A stretch of DNA of 63,859 nt, filler included, from Octopus bimaculoides (taxonomy: Eukaryota), in NCBI RefSeq assembly GCF_001194135.2. It is 7 parts of 6 records of this genome, joined end to end, with 100 filler letters (N's around TTAATTAATTAA, not from the genome) between each part and the next. Parts side by side here need not be neighbours in the genome. Positions count along the whole stretch, not along the records: positions 36,715 to 52,638 come from NC_068982.1; 6 more parts are not named here. One strand, written 5' to 3'. Below, one piece after another: positions 37,865 to 50,766 of the stretch. The translations under genes were made by a program, and so were the position numbers. Every line of letters starts with the position of its first letter. The first letter of the stretch is position 1. The notes beneath the pieces are model-generated. The model did not search any database and was not told the DNA's origin. It saw only the letters and a program-made list of their open reading frames with translations.

Positions 37865-38896
37865 AATACATACATACACACACATGCATGTGTGTAGGAA
37901 GTCCAAACATGAAAGTTATGGTATTATATTTATTCCATCATTATGGCCACATGAAGAAGGTTCAGATATAGCATAAATATAAATATGATTGTTTAATATT
38001 ACAATCTGTTACATACAATTCATGTTCATCTCATCAGACAAAGGTAAAAAAATAGAAGAGAATTTATATTTGTATTTGGAAAATTATGATGTATGTAGTT
38101 GTTTGTCAATAGCACAGAAGGAGCCTTGTGTATAAAATGGGAGTGAATTTTTTGATGAGCATGTGAGAAATAGGATAGGCCAGTAATGAATATAGTTTAA
38201 CTTATTTGCCTTAAATGATATTATTGAATCATGACAATATTTTGAAGTACCAGAAATAAATAATTGGAACTTGATTACTGACAAATAGTTATAACTTTAC
38301 TTAGGAAGGTGTATATACAAACACAATTATATAAATGCACATACACACATATAAACATATCTATACATACAAACACATACATAGATATGTGTATGTGCAT
38401 GTGTATATCTGTGTACGTACAGATGCGTATATGTACGTATGCATGTATAATATGTACAACCTTCTTAGTTGATTTATAAACTCTCTATATGCAGATACTC
38501 AACTTCTATTTATTAATTTATTTATTTTCTGATAGACTACAATATGGTACTATAGCATATTAAAAGTATCATGATTCAATAACATCATTTAATGTCAATA
38601 AGTTAAATTCTGTTTCAATACTGGTCTCTCCTATTTCACACAAGATTCACTCCCTCTCTATACACGTGAGGCTCCTAATTCTGTGCTATTAACAACTACA
38701 CATACCATAATTTTCCAAATGTAAATTATTTTGCTTTTTAGACCTTTTTCTGATGAGGTGAACATGGATCACATGTAATATGTTGTAATATTGCATAATC
38801 ATTTATATTGATTTTCATATATATATATATATATATATATGTCACTAAAGTGAATAGGTTGTAAAATTGCAAATTAGTCACCTATATTATGTACTA

Positions 38897-39207
38897 TACT
38901 AGCAGTATAGCCCGGCTTTGCATGGGATTATTAAGCTAATCAAGTTCTTTATTTCAAACCAAACTAAGTAACATGACGTCAAATTTGGGCAGAATCAGTG
39001 TTGCAACTGGAGCGCATGGGTTGAGAGTTTCATCGGCAGAGGTGATCAGGTTACACATGCCATCCCTTTGAAAACACCACCGCCATCATCTAACCCCTCT
39101 TTGGTCATGGGTTAGGAAACTTTCCAGCAAGGAAAATAGATTGACCAAAAGGGCTCCCGATTCTCTGTGTCAGAAGCGGTTCTGTTCAGATGACAACGAA
39201 GTTTTAA

Positions 39208-39208
<1 letters not shown>
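38897..39208 (+). mobile_element. Non-autonomous Helitron/Helentron-like element
   Basis: 5' end tactagcagtatagcccggctttgc also seen inverted at 47690-47832 and diverged at 52253. The internal segment matches 60814-61020. Ends in (TA)n. Confidence 0.55.
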
Positions 39209-39259
<51 letters not shown>

Positions 39260-39780
39260 TTTTATATGAGCAACACATGCATACACACACGCACGTATGT
39301 ACACCAATTGCATACATATTTTTTGTACGCATGTGTGTGTGTGTGTTGCCCGTATATCAACAAAACACACACACCTTGCCTTACATATATATACTGATAA
39401 ATGATTTGAAATAAATATATTTTGGAAATGGCGATTTACGATTTACGGTACAATACCTAGAAACTTGAAAATCAGACCACATGGGTTTGTTTACATCAAT
39501 TCGGCAGAGATAGAGAGAGCGCGCTCTCCCTCCCTTACACACATTTATCTCTCTTTCTTTTTTTCTTTCTTTCTCTCTCTCCCTGTCTCACACATACAGC
39601 AACATTACACACACACACATGCTGCTCTCTCACACTTTCTGTCTGGCATACTCACTATAAAACGATAGCATCTATTTCTTTTTGGCAACATGTGTTTTGT
39701 GTGTAATGTTGCTGTGTGTGTGTGTGTGTGTGTGTGTGAGAAAGAAAGAAAGAAAGAGAGATAACTGGCATGTGTATGTA

Positions 39781-39837
<57 letters not shown>

Positions 39838-39974
39838 GGGGGGTATTTTTTCTGTTTGCTTGCTGCTTAACACACAGCTGCTGGCAAACAAAATGTCATT
39901 CTCCTTCACCCTCCCTCTCACAAACATACAATTTCTCTCTCTCTCTACTTCATGCGCGTACACACAGATTTGAC

Positions 39975-40190
39975 TTCGCCATGTCAACAAACTTCAAAAT
40001 TGGTAAAAGTTTATCGATTTTTACAGGTATACGCAGGTACCTCTGAGAGAGAAAGTTCACTAAAATGCACATAGGGTCATTCTGAATCTTATCCTAAAAT
40101 TTGAGCGACATGCGTGCTAATTTGTGGACGTGCATAAACCACATTCACGTACACACACACACAAACATCTTCCGTTTTATAGATATTGAT
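39975..40190 (+). mobile_element. 3' part of a Helitron/Helentron-like element
   Basis: aattggtaaaagttat...cctaaaattt gagcgacatgcgtgctaatttgtggacgtgcata shared with ~62570-62718. Confidence 0.5.
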
Positions 40191-40432
40191 ATATATATCT
40201 ATATACATATATACTCATGATGTATCTGAATCACGTATTATTGTGAGTTTGAAAACTAGCAGTAAATTGTATCCTTGAGCAAGACACATTAATTTTCATC
40301 ACTCCAGTCCACTCAGCTGGTAAAAGTGAGTAGTATCTGTAATTCAAAGTGCCAGCCTTGCCACATTCTGTGTCATGCTGGAAGAGAAAGAAAATAGTGG
40401 GGAAGATGTGTCAAGGTACACTCTTAAGTTAA

Positions 40433-41466
40433 CCCCTTCGTTACTATATTTCTGACCAAAATACACCCCTCATGAGTTTCAATTAAATTCTAAAATAATC
40501 ATGAATTTAGACTAGTCTCATTAAACACCTGTAACTTTTTATTTATCATTGGAACATAATTAAAGAAAGGGTTCTTAATCAATTCTATTGCATAATTTTT
40601 GTCTCAAAGTTCTCCACGTACTGGGGTGGGTGGGGTTTGTACTGCTAGTGTCTCTCACATGTAAATATTGGTTCAGCTTCACGAATCGTACTCGTTCATA
40701 ATACTGGAAATATAGTCATCGCCAAAAGGTTCCTGATTGCTCCAGTAATTTGTTATTCTGGGTAACTGTCTAATACCCATAATAATATTTATGGCAAAAA
40801 ATGCCCGTATTNNNNNNNNNNNNNNNNNNNNNNNNNNNNNNNNNNNNNNNNNNNNNNNNNNNNNNNNNNNNNNNNNNNNGAAACCACAAGCTTTTTTTTT
40901 TTTTCCCGTTTGTTTACATTCTGCGTAACGGTTTGTTTCCGCAGTAATCATTTCAAACAAGCATGAAAAAGAAGTCTAAAGGTTTCACTTCCTGAGAAAG
41001 ACTATGGTTAGACCCTGTTTTCTCAGAAAAATTGTTAATAAAAATATTTTTAAAATCTTTTTCTGGTGTAAAATCATCTTCGCTGTCGCTGCTTTCAGTT
41101 TCGGATACAGAAATATCCGATTCATTATCGTTCACCACATGCTTTTGTAGCTCATTCATTCTTTTCTTCGATATCTCCATATCTTCTGTTGAAAGACCTT
41201 CAAATTCGGAATCACTGCTTGATAGCATGAAACTCCTCTCCATCTTCAAAGTTGAAAAAAATTAACGCCGCAAAAAAATCTTCCAAAATTCACTGATTTC
41301 AAATATCACGCCAAACAATGTCGGAGACAATAACTCAACTGTTTGCAAAGTGAAATCAGGTGTTTTAACGAATGTACTAATGAGATTTGGGTTCAAATAC
41401 GGCCAGGTTAGTCTTATGAACCAAAAAATGTTTCGGCCTGCTACGGCCGGGTTAGTAACGAAAGGG
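40433..41466 (-). mobile_element. Internally deleted piggyBac (PGBD4-like) with intact ends
   Basis: TTAA TSDs (40429-32, 41467-70), TIRs CCCCTTCGTTACT / AGTAACGAAAGGG. Acidic N-terminus, PLDFF, FEMITAETNRYA, IRAFFAINIIMGI...YWS, then truncated. Confidence 0.92.
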
Positions 41467-41470
41467 TTAA

Positions 41471-42060
41471 GAAGGTGAATAAAAAAGAATTGGTATGGGT
41501 TTGTAAGATCATGGGAGTGTAAAATAGGTGGAAGATGGATATGGATGGGGATAAGGGAAATGGTAGGAGTGTAGTTGATATTGAATACCAGATGGAGAAG
41601 GCAGAGGAAGTAGGTTTGGCAATGGAGGGAGCAGGTGGATGTGAGGTGCATGACGAATACAGAGCCAGGAGTAACAGGGAGAGATGAATCGACATAGTGT
41701 GTGTGTATGGGAGCTGCCATTGGCAAAATGGTGTGAGCAGGGGAAAGAGGAAGTGGAAAGGGCATTCAGTGGAAAATAAGGTGGTGTGGGAGGATACTTT
41801 AATTGCATGAGAAAATGGTGATTCCAAGGAGGAAGAACAGTAGGGAAATGGAATATGTTCAGTTAAGCTCTTCTAGTTTCTTGGAGGGGAAGGTGTTAAG
41901 GAGATGAGTAGTTGGAGGATGGACATTAGGAAGTTAGGTTGTTGGGTCAGGGGGGAATAATCAGGGACAGACATAAACATTAGGGCCCCATTTTTGCTAA
42001 GATGGATGGGTCTTCTTGAACCTAGGAAATAACAATCATCATAGGTTCTATCCACATTAA
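41471..42060 (-). mobile_element. Degenerate Penelope-like reverse transcriptase fragment
   Basis: Pyrimidine-rich minus strand with peptides like WYSISTTLLPF...SISI...YKP, resembling the PLE thumb region FTWSISDTSLPFLD...YKPTDSHSYL; heavily frameshifted. Confidence 0.45.
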
Positions 42061-42559
42061 GCAATCAACACTTCTTTATGCTGTTGTTTTCACCTATATG
42101 CGCCACATGACCATACTAGCGCAGTCATCTCTCTCACATACTACATCTGATACCTCTTATGTCCAATTTTTCTCTCAACATATTTACATTTTGTCATACA
42201 TGTACATTAAACTGCACATCCATTGGAGCATGCTAACTTTGTTTCTTTCAAGCTTTCACATGTTCACTGCAATCACAGGCCATGTTTTCACTACCATGTA
42301 GTATTTATTGCTGTTTCTACACATCCATCATACAATCTGCATTCCACTCTGAAGGAAAGACCTTTAGTTGTCCACAGAGATAACAGCTCTCTGATTTCCT
42401 CCATCTTAGTCTAGCAACTAAACTTTCAGAGTATCTCCTGCTCCCTTACTAATTAGATCACCTAGGTAACAGAAACTATCCACTACTGCAATGGAGCTTT
42501 CAGGGCACTTGAGAAAATCTATTTTGTCCTTGGTGTTTATTGCACCTGCACACCTTCAA

Positions 42560-43690
42560 CACACAAGCACTATTTTCTGTTAACTTTCCTGTGAGCTACT
42601 GGAAACTGGTACATTTAAAAGTATCTGTGATCACTTGTGTGTGTGTATTGGAAAAGGCAAAAAAGCACCCACCATCCACACTGGGCATTGCATTTTCAGT
42701 GATGATAGACCATTTGTGCGCTTTCACCAGTAGTCTACCATCTGGTTCTCTTTTCAATTCTGGTCCTACTTCTTCTTCTCCTCTTCAATCAAAACATTGT
42801 CCTCATTTTCTTGTTCCATGCAGTATGTTATTCCTATTAGGCACACATTGGATGCTTCACACAAGTGTGAATCCCCATGTTGTTCCAAAATGGACTGTGC
42901 CTCTCTTTCTTGCTCATACATATTTTGCTTTGGCTCATTTCTTTTCTTATTTTAAACTCTTCTCATAATGAGAGCCCCCACCCTACCTGCTTTTTAGTTG
43001 TCAATTCTTGACACTGAGGACAAAAGAAATTTTCTGACTTACTTTGGTATTGTGATTGGGAGTGCTCTTGAAACAGCAAATTCTGAGACCTCTAATATTA
43101 CTGCTACTTATTCTACTATTTATTTCTCTACTTCTCCCTCTTTCTCTAGCTGCTTGAACAGAAAGACCTCAAGCAACTCAAAAGACTGCATGCTTAACAA
43201 CTGGGACTTTCACTCTGTACCACTAATTTAGTTGTTTTCCTTTCTCTATCCACAAAAGAGTAGAGCTTTGAATAGATTTCTGATCTTCATTGTTCTTTAA
43301 AACAAATGTTTTCAAACACACCACACCCAACCATACGTTGCTTTGTAGCAGTGACTCTTCTATTCCACCACTCAATATATTAGTGCACTAACTTAGCCTG
43401 TCATTTTGTTTCCTTCTTGGTCTTGAAGACCAGGCTCTCACCACCCATATACTTTGCCTCCAGTTGGTTGAAATTACATTATTCCACACCATACCAATAC
43501 GGTTTTGTGAAAGTATACTCCATTCTGGATAAGACATGTATGTTACCTTCTTTCTTGCCTATTCCTGAATGTTTTCCCAGAGTAAAAAAGCATTGTTCAT
43601 CATATCTCTCCCCTGTTATCTTTTTCTCTAAAGGCCAACTTATGTTTGGCGATTTAATGGGAGTGACCATGCTAGCAAAGCTGTTCTAAA
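42560..43690 (-). mobile_element. Possible highly degraded piggyBac (PGBD2/3-like) C-terminal half
   Basis: Scattered motifs only: GERYD, GNIHVL, AKLVH*Y, KCN...DGGCF. Confidence 0.28.
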
Positions 43691-44526
43691 AATTTTGACT
43701 GGTATGTATGTATTAAAGTATGAATGCCTAATGTCTCCATCCCAGATGTGTGTACATGTGTGCGCGCCAGTGTTACTGCCATTTCTTTTGCTTTGTTTGT
43801 CTTTTTTAAGTTAGGAATATAGTCAACTTCAGTAATTCCAACTACACTATAGATAATTATTTTACAATAGAAATAAAAAGTCAGTGGGACTGAAGTTGGA
43901 ACCAATATATAATTTTTGTAACTGTTTGATTGTCATGAAATTTTCTTAAATATCAAATTCTCGACAAACACAATTATCTGTATATATATAAAAGGCAGGA
44001 TGTGTGTGTGTGTATGTACGTGAATGTAATTTATGCATGTCCACAAATTAGCATGCATGTTGCTCTAATCTTAGGAGGACATTCATCATGAGCCTAGCTG
44101 TATTTTCATCAACTTATTTTTCCCAGATGTACCAGCAAATAGCAGTAAAAATAAATTTTCAACCAAAGAGTTAAGTCCCCTACTAGCGACAAGTAAGTTT
44201 TTGTTAAGACTTTTGTTTTTTTTTTCCATCGAGAAAAAAGTGTTTTGTCGACATACAGGCAACACACACACACATAAATACATACATAACCCTCTCTCTC
44301 GTTTCGTCTGTCAATCACTCACTAAACAAAACGAAATTAAAAAAATCTGTTATCACTCTCCCTCTCTCTCTCTTTACACACATTAACAAAACAACTTCTC
44401 ATACACACTACACTTTCTGTGTTGCACACCCCATCAAACACGCACACAGACACACACACACATGAACATGTATGCATACAAAAAACATGTATGCAATAAA
44501 TGTATGTATGTACATGTGTGTGTTGC

Positions 44527-44613
<87 letters not shown>

Positions 44614-44614
44614 T

Positions 44615-46812
44615 AGAAAGAGGTTTGAAGACGCCACTATGCAAGATTGCTCAATAAAGAGAATGAATGGGAGAAAGAAAGTCTGCTGAATGTCGACCCA
44701 ACAGAGGGACCAGCTATTCAAATTGACAGTACCATGGTAGATAAAGCAATTAAGAGTATGAAGACGAGGGAAGCCCACGGCCCATCAGGAATCACTGCAG
44801 AGATGCTCAAAATATCTGGCAGTGTCGGCTATAGCCTAGTCACTCGCATTGTTAACCAGGTGATACACCAAGGAGTCATACCCAATGACTGGTGTAGCAG
44901 CACCATAGTCAACTGCTACAAAGATAAAGGTGACGCTTTAGACACAAATAATTACAAAGGTATCAAGTTGTTGAATCAGGTAATGAAGGTCATGAAGAGG
45001 GACATAGCCCAACTAATTAGGGAGCGAGTCAGTTTAGATGAGATGCAGTTTGGGAAAAGCACCACTGATGCTATATTTCTGGTAAGACAGCTACAGGAGA
45101 AATACCTAACCAAAGATAAACTTCTGTATCTGGCTTTCATTGACATGGAGAAAGCCTTTGACAGGGGTTCCCCGATCCCTTATCTAGTGGTCAATGAGGA
45201 AACTAGGGATAAAAGAATGGTGAGTGAGATCTGTGCAAGCCATGTACAGAGACGGTGTCAGTAAGGTAAGGGTTGGAAATGAGTACAGTGAAGAATTCCG
45301 GGTAGAGGTAGGGGTCTACCAAGGTTCTGTCCTCAGCCCCCTCCTATTTATAATAGTCCTCCAGACAATAACACAGGAATTCAAGACAGGTTACCCCTGG
45401 GAGCTCCTCTATGCTGATGACCTTGCACTAATCACTGAGTCACTATCAGAACTAGAGGAGAAGTTTCAGGTGTGGAAGCAGGAACTAGAATCGAAGGGCC
45501 TTAGAGTCAACCTAGCTAAAACCAAAGTCCTAATAAGTAGGAAGGTAGACAAAACACAAACCCCTTCAGGTAGATGGCCCTGCTCGATCTGTAGAAAAGG
45601 TGTAGGTAGAAACTTTATAATATGTACCCAGTGCAAGCTATGGACACATAAGAGGTGCAGCAATATCAAAGGCAGGTTAACTAGGAAGTTAGTTTTGTAT
45701 GTGGCAGATGTTCAGGTGCAATAAACACTGAAAATGTGCAGANNNNNNNNNNNNNNNNNNNNNNNNNNNNNNNNNNNNNNNNNNNNNNNNNNNNNNNNNN
45801 NNNNNNNNNNNNNNNNNNNNNNNNNNNNNNNNNNNNNNNNNNNNNNNNNNNNNNNNNNNNNNNNNNNNNNNNNNNNNNNNNNNNNNNNNNNNNNNNNNNN
45901 NNNNNNNNNNNNNNNNNNNNNNNNNNNNNNNNNNNNNNNNNNNNNNNNNNNNNNNNNNNNNNNNNNNNNNNNNNNNNNNNNNNNNNNNNNNNNNNNNNNN
46001 NNNNNNNNNNNNNNNNNNNNNNNNNNNNNNNNNNNNNNNNATGAGGTGGTGAAGCATGACCTCCAAACATTAAGCCTCACCGAGGCAATGACTTGTGACC
46101 GAGACCTTTGGAAATATGCTGTGCGTGAGAAGACCCGGCAAGCCAAGTGAGACCAAAATCCCAAGGCCACTGCCAGGGATGTAGCCAGCCCACTTACACA
46201 TAACATTCCTTCATTGAACTCTAAAATCCGCTTGCGAAGACCTGTTTAGGCAAGTGAAAACGAAATCGAACTAAATTTGTAGACTGGCACCCATGCCAAC
46301 GTCTCTTTCATTGAACACTAAACTCGGCTTGTGAAGACATGTTGGGGTAAGCAAAAGCGAAATTGTGATGGCACCTGTACCAGTGGAGCACTAAGAGCAC
46401 TGTCCTGGCGTGATCGTTGCCAGAGCACCAGCTGTCTGGCTTCCGTGCCGGTAGCACCTAAATAGCACCATTTGAGCGTGATCGTTACCAACGTTGCCTC
46501 CTTGGCACGTGAAAAGACATTGGAGCGAGATCATTGCCAGTACCGCTGGACTGGCTCCTGTGCAGATGGCATGTAAAATACACCATTTCGAGCGTGGCTG
46601 TTGCCAGTACCGCCTGACTGGCCTTCGTGCTGGTGGCACATAAAAGCACCCACTACACTCTCGGAGTGGTTGGCGTTAGGAAGAGCATCCAGCTGTAGAA
46701 ACTCTGCCAGATCAGATTGGAACCTGGTGTAGCCACCTGGTCCACCAGTCCTCAGTCAAATTGTCCAACCCATGCTAGCATGGAAAGTGGATGTTAAACG
46801 ATGATGATGATG
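44615..46812 (+). mobile_element. RTE-clade retrotransposon, 5'-truncated, with complete 3'UTR and (GAT)n tail, flanked by (TA)n on both sides
   Basis: GPSGITAEMLK, IPNDW, YKGIKLL, FIDMEKAFD, QGSVLSPLLF, LLYADDL, GLRVNLAKTKV. Same family as 8340-10197. Confidence 0.93.
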
Positions 46813-47689
46813 ATGTATATATATATATATATATATNNNNNNNNNNNNNNNNNNNNNNNNNNNNNNNNNNNNNNNNNNNNNNNNNNNNNNNNNNNNNNNN
46901 NNNNNNNNNNNNNNNNNNNNNNNNNNNNNNNNNNNNNNNNNNNNNNNNNNNNNNNNNNNNNNNNNNNNNNNNNNNNNNNNNNNNNNNNNNNNNNNNNNNN
47001 NNNNNNNNNNNNNNNNNNNNNNNNNNNNNNNNNNNNNNNNNNNNNNNNNNNNNNNNNNNNNNNNNNNNNNNNNNNNNNNNNNNNNNNNNNNNNNNNNNNN
47101 NNNNNNNNNNNNNNNNNNNNNNNNNNNNNNNNNNNNNNNNNNNNNNNNNNNNNNNNNNNNNNNNNNNNNNNNNNNNNNNNNNNNNNNNNNNNNNNNNNNN
47201 NNNNNNNNNNNNNNNNNNNNNNNNNNNNNNNNNNNNNNNNNNNNNNNNNNNNNNNNNNNNNNNNNNNNNNNNNNNNNNNNNNNNNNNNNNNNNNNNNNNN
47301 NNNNNNNNNNNNNNNNNNNNNNNNNNNNNNNNNNNNNNNNNNNNNNNNNNNNNNNNNNNNNNNNNNNNNNNNNNNNNNNNNNNNNNNNNNNNNNNNNNNN
47401 NNNNNNNNNNNNNNNNNNNNNNNNNNNNNNNNNNNNNNNNNNNNNNNNNNNNNNNNNNNNNNNNNNNNNNNNNNNNNNNNNNNNNNNNNNNNNNNNNNNN
47501 NNNNNNNNNNNNNNNNNNNNNNNNNNNNNNNNNNNNNNNNNNNNNNNNNNNNNNNNNNNNNNNNNNNNNNNNNNNNNNNNNNNNNNNNNNNNNNNNNNNN
47601 NNNNTTATGGGGTTTTCCATTTAATCAGGATAAAAAAAATCAATAAACCAATTCTTTATGGGATTTCTCAATCATGTTGTCTGTAACTT

Positions 47690-47832
47690 ATTTTCAGCCA
47701 AAAGTTTACCAATTTCAATGGATTTCACTCAAATTTGCCGTCAATGTTACTTAGTTTGGTTTGAAATAAAGAACTTGATTAGCTTAATAATCCTAACTTA
47801 ATCCCGGGCAAAGCTTGGCTATACTGCTAGTA
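47690..47832 (-). mobile_element. 5' end of the Helitron/Helentron-like family seen at 38897
   Basis: Reverse complement reads tactagcagtatagcc...attattaagctaatcaagttctttatttcaaaccaaactaagtaacat. Confidence 0.6.
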
Positions 47833-47944
47833 CTCTTATAAATGTGATAAGCTTTCTATTGATCCCACCCTGTTGGGTCTCTGCCTTAAATTTCCAAAAT
47901 ATTCACATTGAACAGTACAGAAAAATTGGCTTAAAATAATTTTC

Positions 47945-47994
47945 ATAAAATATATCAATACCAGTTCTTTAGAACTGGTATTGATATATTTTAT
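47945..47994. repeat. Perfect 24-bp inverted repeat with 2-nt spacer
   Basis: ataaaatatatcaataccagttct-tt-agaactggtattgatatattttat. Confidence 0.95.
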
Positions 47995-50645
47995 ACCACC
48001 AATACTAGCAAAAATTATAACTAGTGAATGACAATTACCAAACAGTTAAAGCAAATCATTTAATGAAATTCTGATTTTCAAAGTATCACAGAAGCTAGTA
48101 GTATTATCTTGGAGAGGAACCTTCAAATTGATAAATAAAAAAAAATTGAAGTGGTATGATGAATTGAGTCCAGAAAAATCTTGCCAGGGACTTGGTGGTG
48201 ATGGTAGTAGTCTATTTATTTGTAGTAATTTTGCAAGCGTTGGCATGGATATGTGTGTGTATTTGTTAATATGTATTTCAACTAACTTTCTGAAGTTTTC
48301 ATTTGTAAATATAAGAGAACTCATCCTAAATGGCAGGTAAGGGAAGATTGCTTCTACTAAAAATTTTGATAGAAATTTATAATGTTGTCCTTGATTTAAT
48401 AAAAATAAAATCACTCTCATATATCTGCATTCGAACTATCTTCTTATACTTAAGATGCATGTGTTTAAAGATTAAAAATTCCACATTTTACAGGAAAATC
48501 GTTTTTCTTTTTGTTTTATCAGTTTACACAAGTTTTATTCAAGCACATCATATTTATTAAGAAACCTAGTCTAAAATTCTGAAGAAATCAATTAAAAATT
48601 TACACAAAGTGTCTATTATGTAATCTCTTATTTATTGAGACAATTTTCATTAAGACATTAGTCAACAACAAAATTATAGTAGTGTAACTAGAATCGATGG
48701 CCTGCATCAATAAGAGTTAACTCAGTAAAAAGCAAAGGTTGAGTTATGTTATAGAGCCTAAAAGAGAAAATACCATATACTTTAGGAAGAGCTCTTTATT
48801 TCCTAAATCTGCTTTCTCTTGTTAATACTATTTTTAGTTAATGCTTTTCTCTCTAATTGAAATTTCTTGATCGAAAGAAGTCTACCAGTTTTTAAAGCAA
48901 ATTTGTATAGAAAATGGCTGGAAACAGATTACTTTTGATATTTAATGAGTTTGTGCACATATTTGATAAAATTCTTTAAAAAAATCAAGCATACTATACG
49001 CTTCTTACCATAAATCAAATAAGTCCAGTGCAAAGATAGGGAAAGAGAATATTTAACATTAATTTTACATGTTAATCCAACATAAAATATATTCAATTTC
49101 AATAAAAATGTGGCATATTTTCACATGAATAGTGAAGGTATACCTATATTTTTGAATCTGTGAAATAAAATTTCACATCAATAAGAGGCAATATTTGAAA
49201 ATACATTTGTGATTCATGTATGATATTAAAAAAGCATTTCAGGAATAAAATTAATTCAACCAATGAGGAAAAAAATAGGTGAGATATAATATGACAAAAC
49301 TTTACTACATTAAGTAAAAAGAACTGTTCCTAATGCTAAAAAAGGCTCCAATAAAAGGAAAGAACTAGTTTATGTTCATGAAAATCCCCAATATAAAATC
49401 CCTGTTGACAGCTTCAAAGACAACTGAAATATTTTTCTGGATTAAAAAGTTCTCAACCTGATTAACATAAAACTATATTAGTTTCCCACTTTATAATCCC
49501 CAAAAGATCAAACTCCCCAATAGTCCAAACTGATTTATTTTGATTAACTGCAAAATCAATTTTTATAGAGGAAGAATATCCCTAGTATATTACGAATAGT
49601 TATCCCATTAATGTCAGAATAAAATTACATTAGGCTAGATAAAATTTGAATTTATATCCTTGAAGGAAGGAATTGCACAGATTAAGGTACACTTAGAAAA
49701 ACAACAAGGTATACAAGAGGCTATAAAATACCATCAACAGCATTCAACATTTAATATATAATCTCACACACATAGAAGTCTATATAACCAAGCATAACAT
49801 TTACACTGCTTTGTAAAGCATACAATCACAGCTGCTTAATAATCCCTGCTTTTGCTCAAACTTCATGATTTAATAAAATACCAGTTCCAAAGGAAACTAG
49901 TATAGGCAAAATCCAGTTAATTTAATGAAATAAAACAAATTTGTATACATTTGAAGAAGAGTTTTACCCCAAATATCAGAACTCACCTTTCCACATAGTG
50001 CACAAATTCTTTTATTTTACAAATTTCATCAATATCTGCAATTTATCAATTCTAAATCCTGTCATTGGCATAGGTAGTCTGCTAATTAATCTGTTTGATA
50101 CCAAACTGCCTGAAACTGCCCCTTCCTGTTTCAAAGTGTTCTAGATTACAACCTTCCATCAAAATTTCATGTCAATTTATGTTAAAACAGAAACTTCACG
50201 ATGAAAGTTATTTTTCTAAATTCTTCATTATTTTCAAAATTAAAGAAAACAAAAGCAATGTATTTTAACAGATATAACATAATGAAAAGATTAAATTGAT
50301 AAACACCTTAACTAATTACAGAACAAATTCCTGGTCCACTTATAAAAAACAAAAAGTCAACAATGTAACAAGAAGTAAAAAAAAAAAAAAGAAAGAAATT
50401 GTTGAAGAGCGATAAAGACTAAATGCAAAAAAACAAAAAACAAAAACATAAAGACTTAGTATGTGAGGATGTTAGAAGCTGCTCATTGATTAATTTCTAG
50501 AGCAGACCTTTTGAAGACTATATAGCACATATTTTACTTTATGCAAAAAATTACAAGAAATATATTTTCTTGAATTCAAATCATTCTTGTTCTAGGCTGT
50601 TAAATGTATTTGGTTAAGTGGTAACAAAACCAAAAGCCAAATACA

Positions 50646-50725
50646 TTAAAGGTACTGTGACAAATTTTCCTCAATCTCCAAGTAATTCTTGAAGGCCCGG
50701 TCAATTATCTGCTGGGATTGAATGA
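50646..50725 (-). CDS. Candidate terminal coding exon of an unidentified minus-strand gene (xIQSQQIIDRAFKNYLEIEENLSQYL*)
   Basis: GC-richer, protein-like codon run ending in TAA. It is preceded by a branch-like TTAAC and AG (alternative acceptor CCCAG/CAG) and followed by ~2.7 kb of TE-free, T-rich minus-strand sequence. No family recognised. Confidence 0.3.
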
Positions 50726-50766
50726 CTTAACGATAGGTTAATATAGCATTTTAGTTGAGAGCCATA

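Noticed and set aside
48046-48420. 124-aa minus-strand ORF in AT-rich unique sequence
   Set aside because: No recognisable domain or clear splice context; compatible with chance in a putative UTR.
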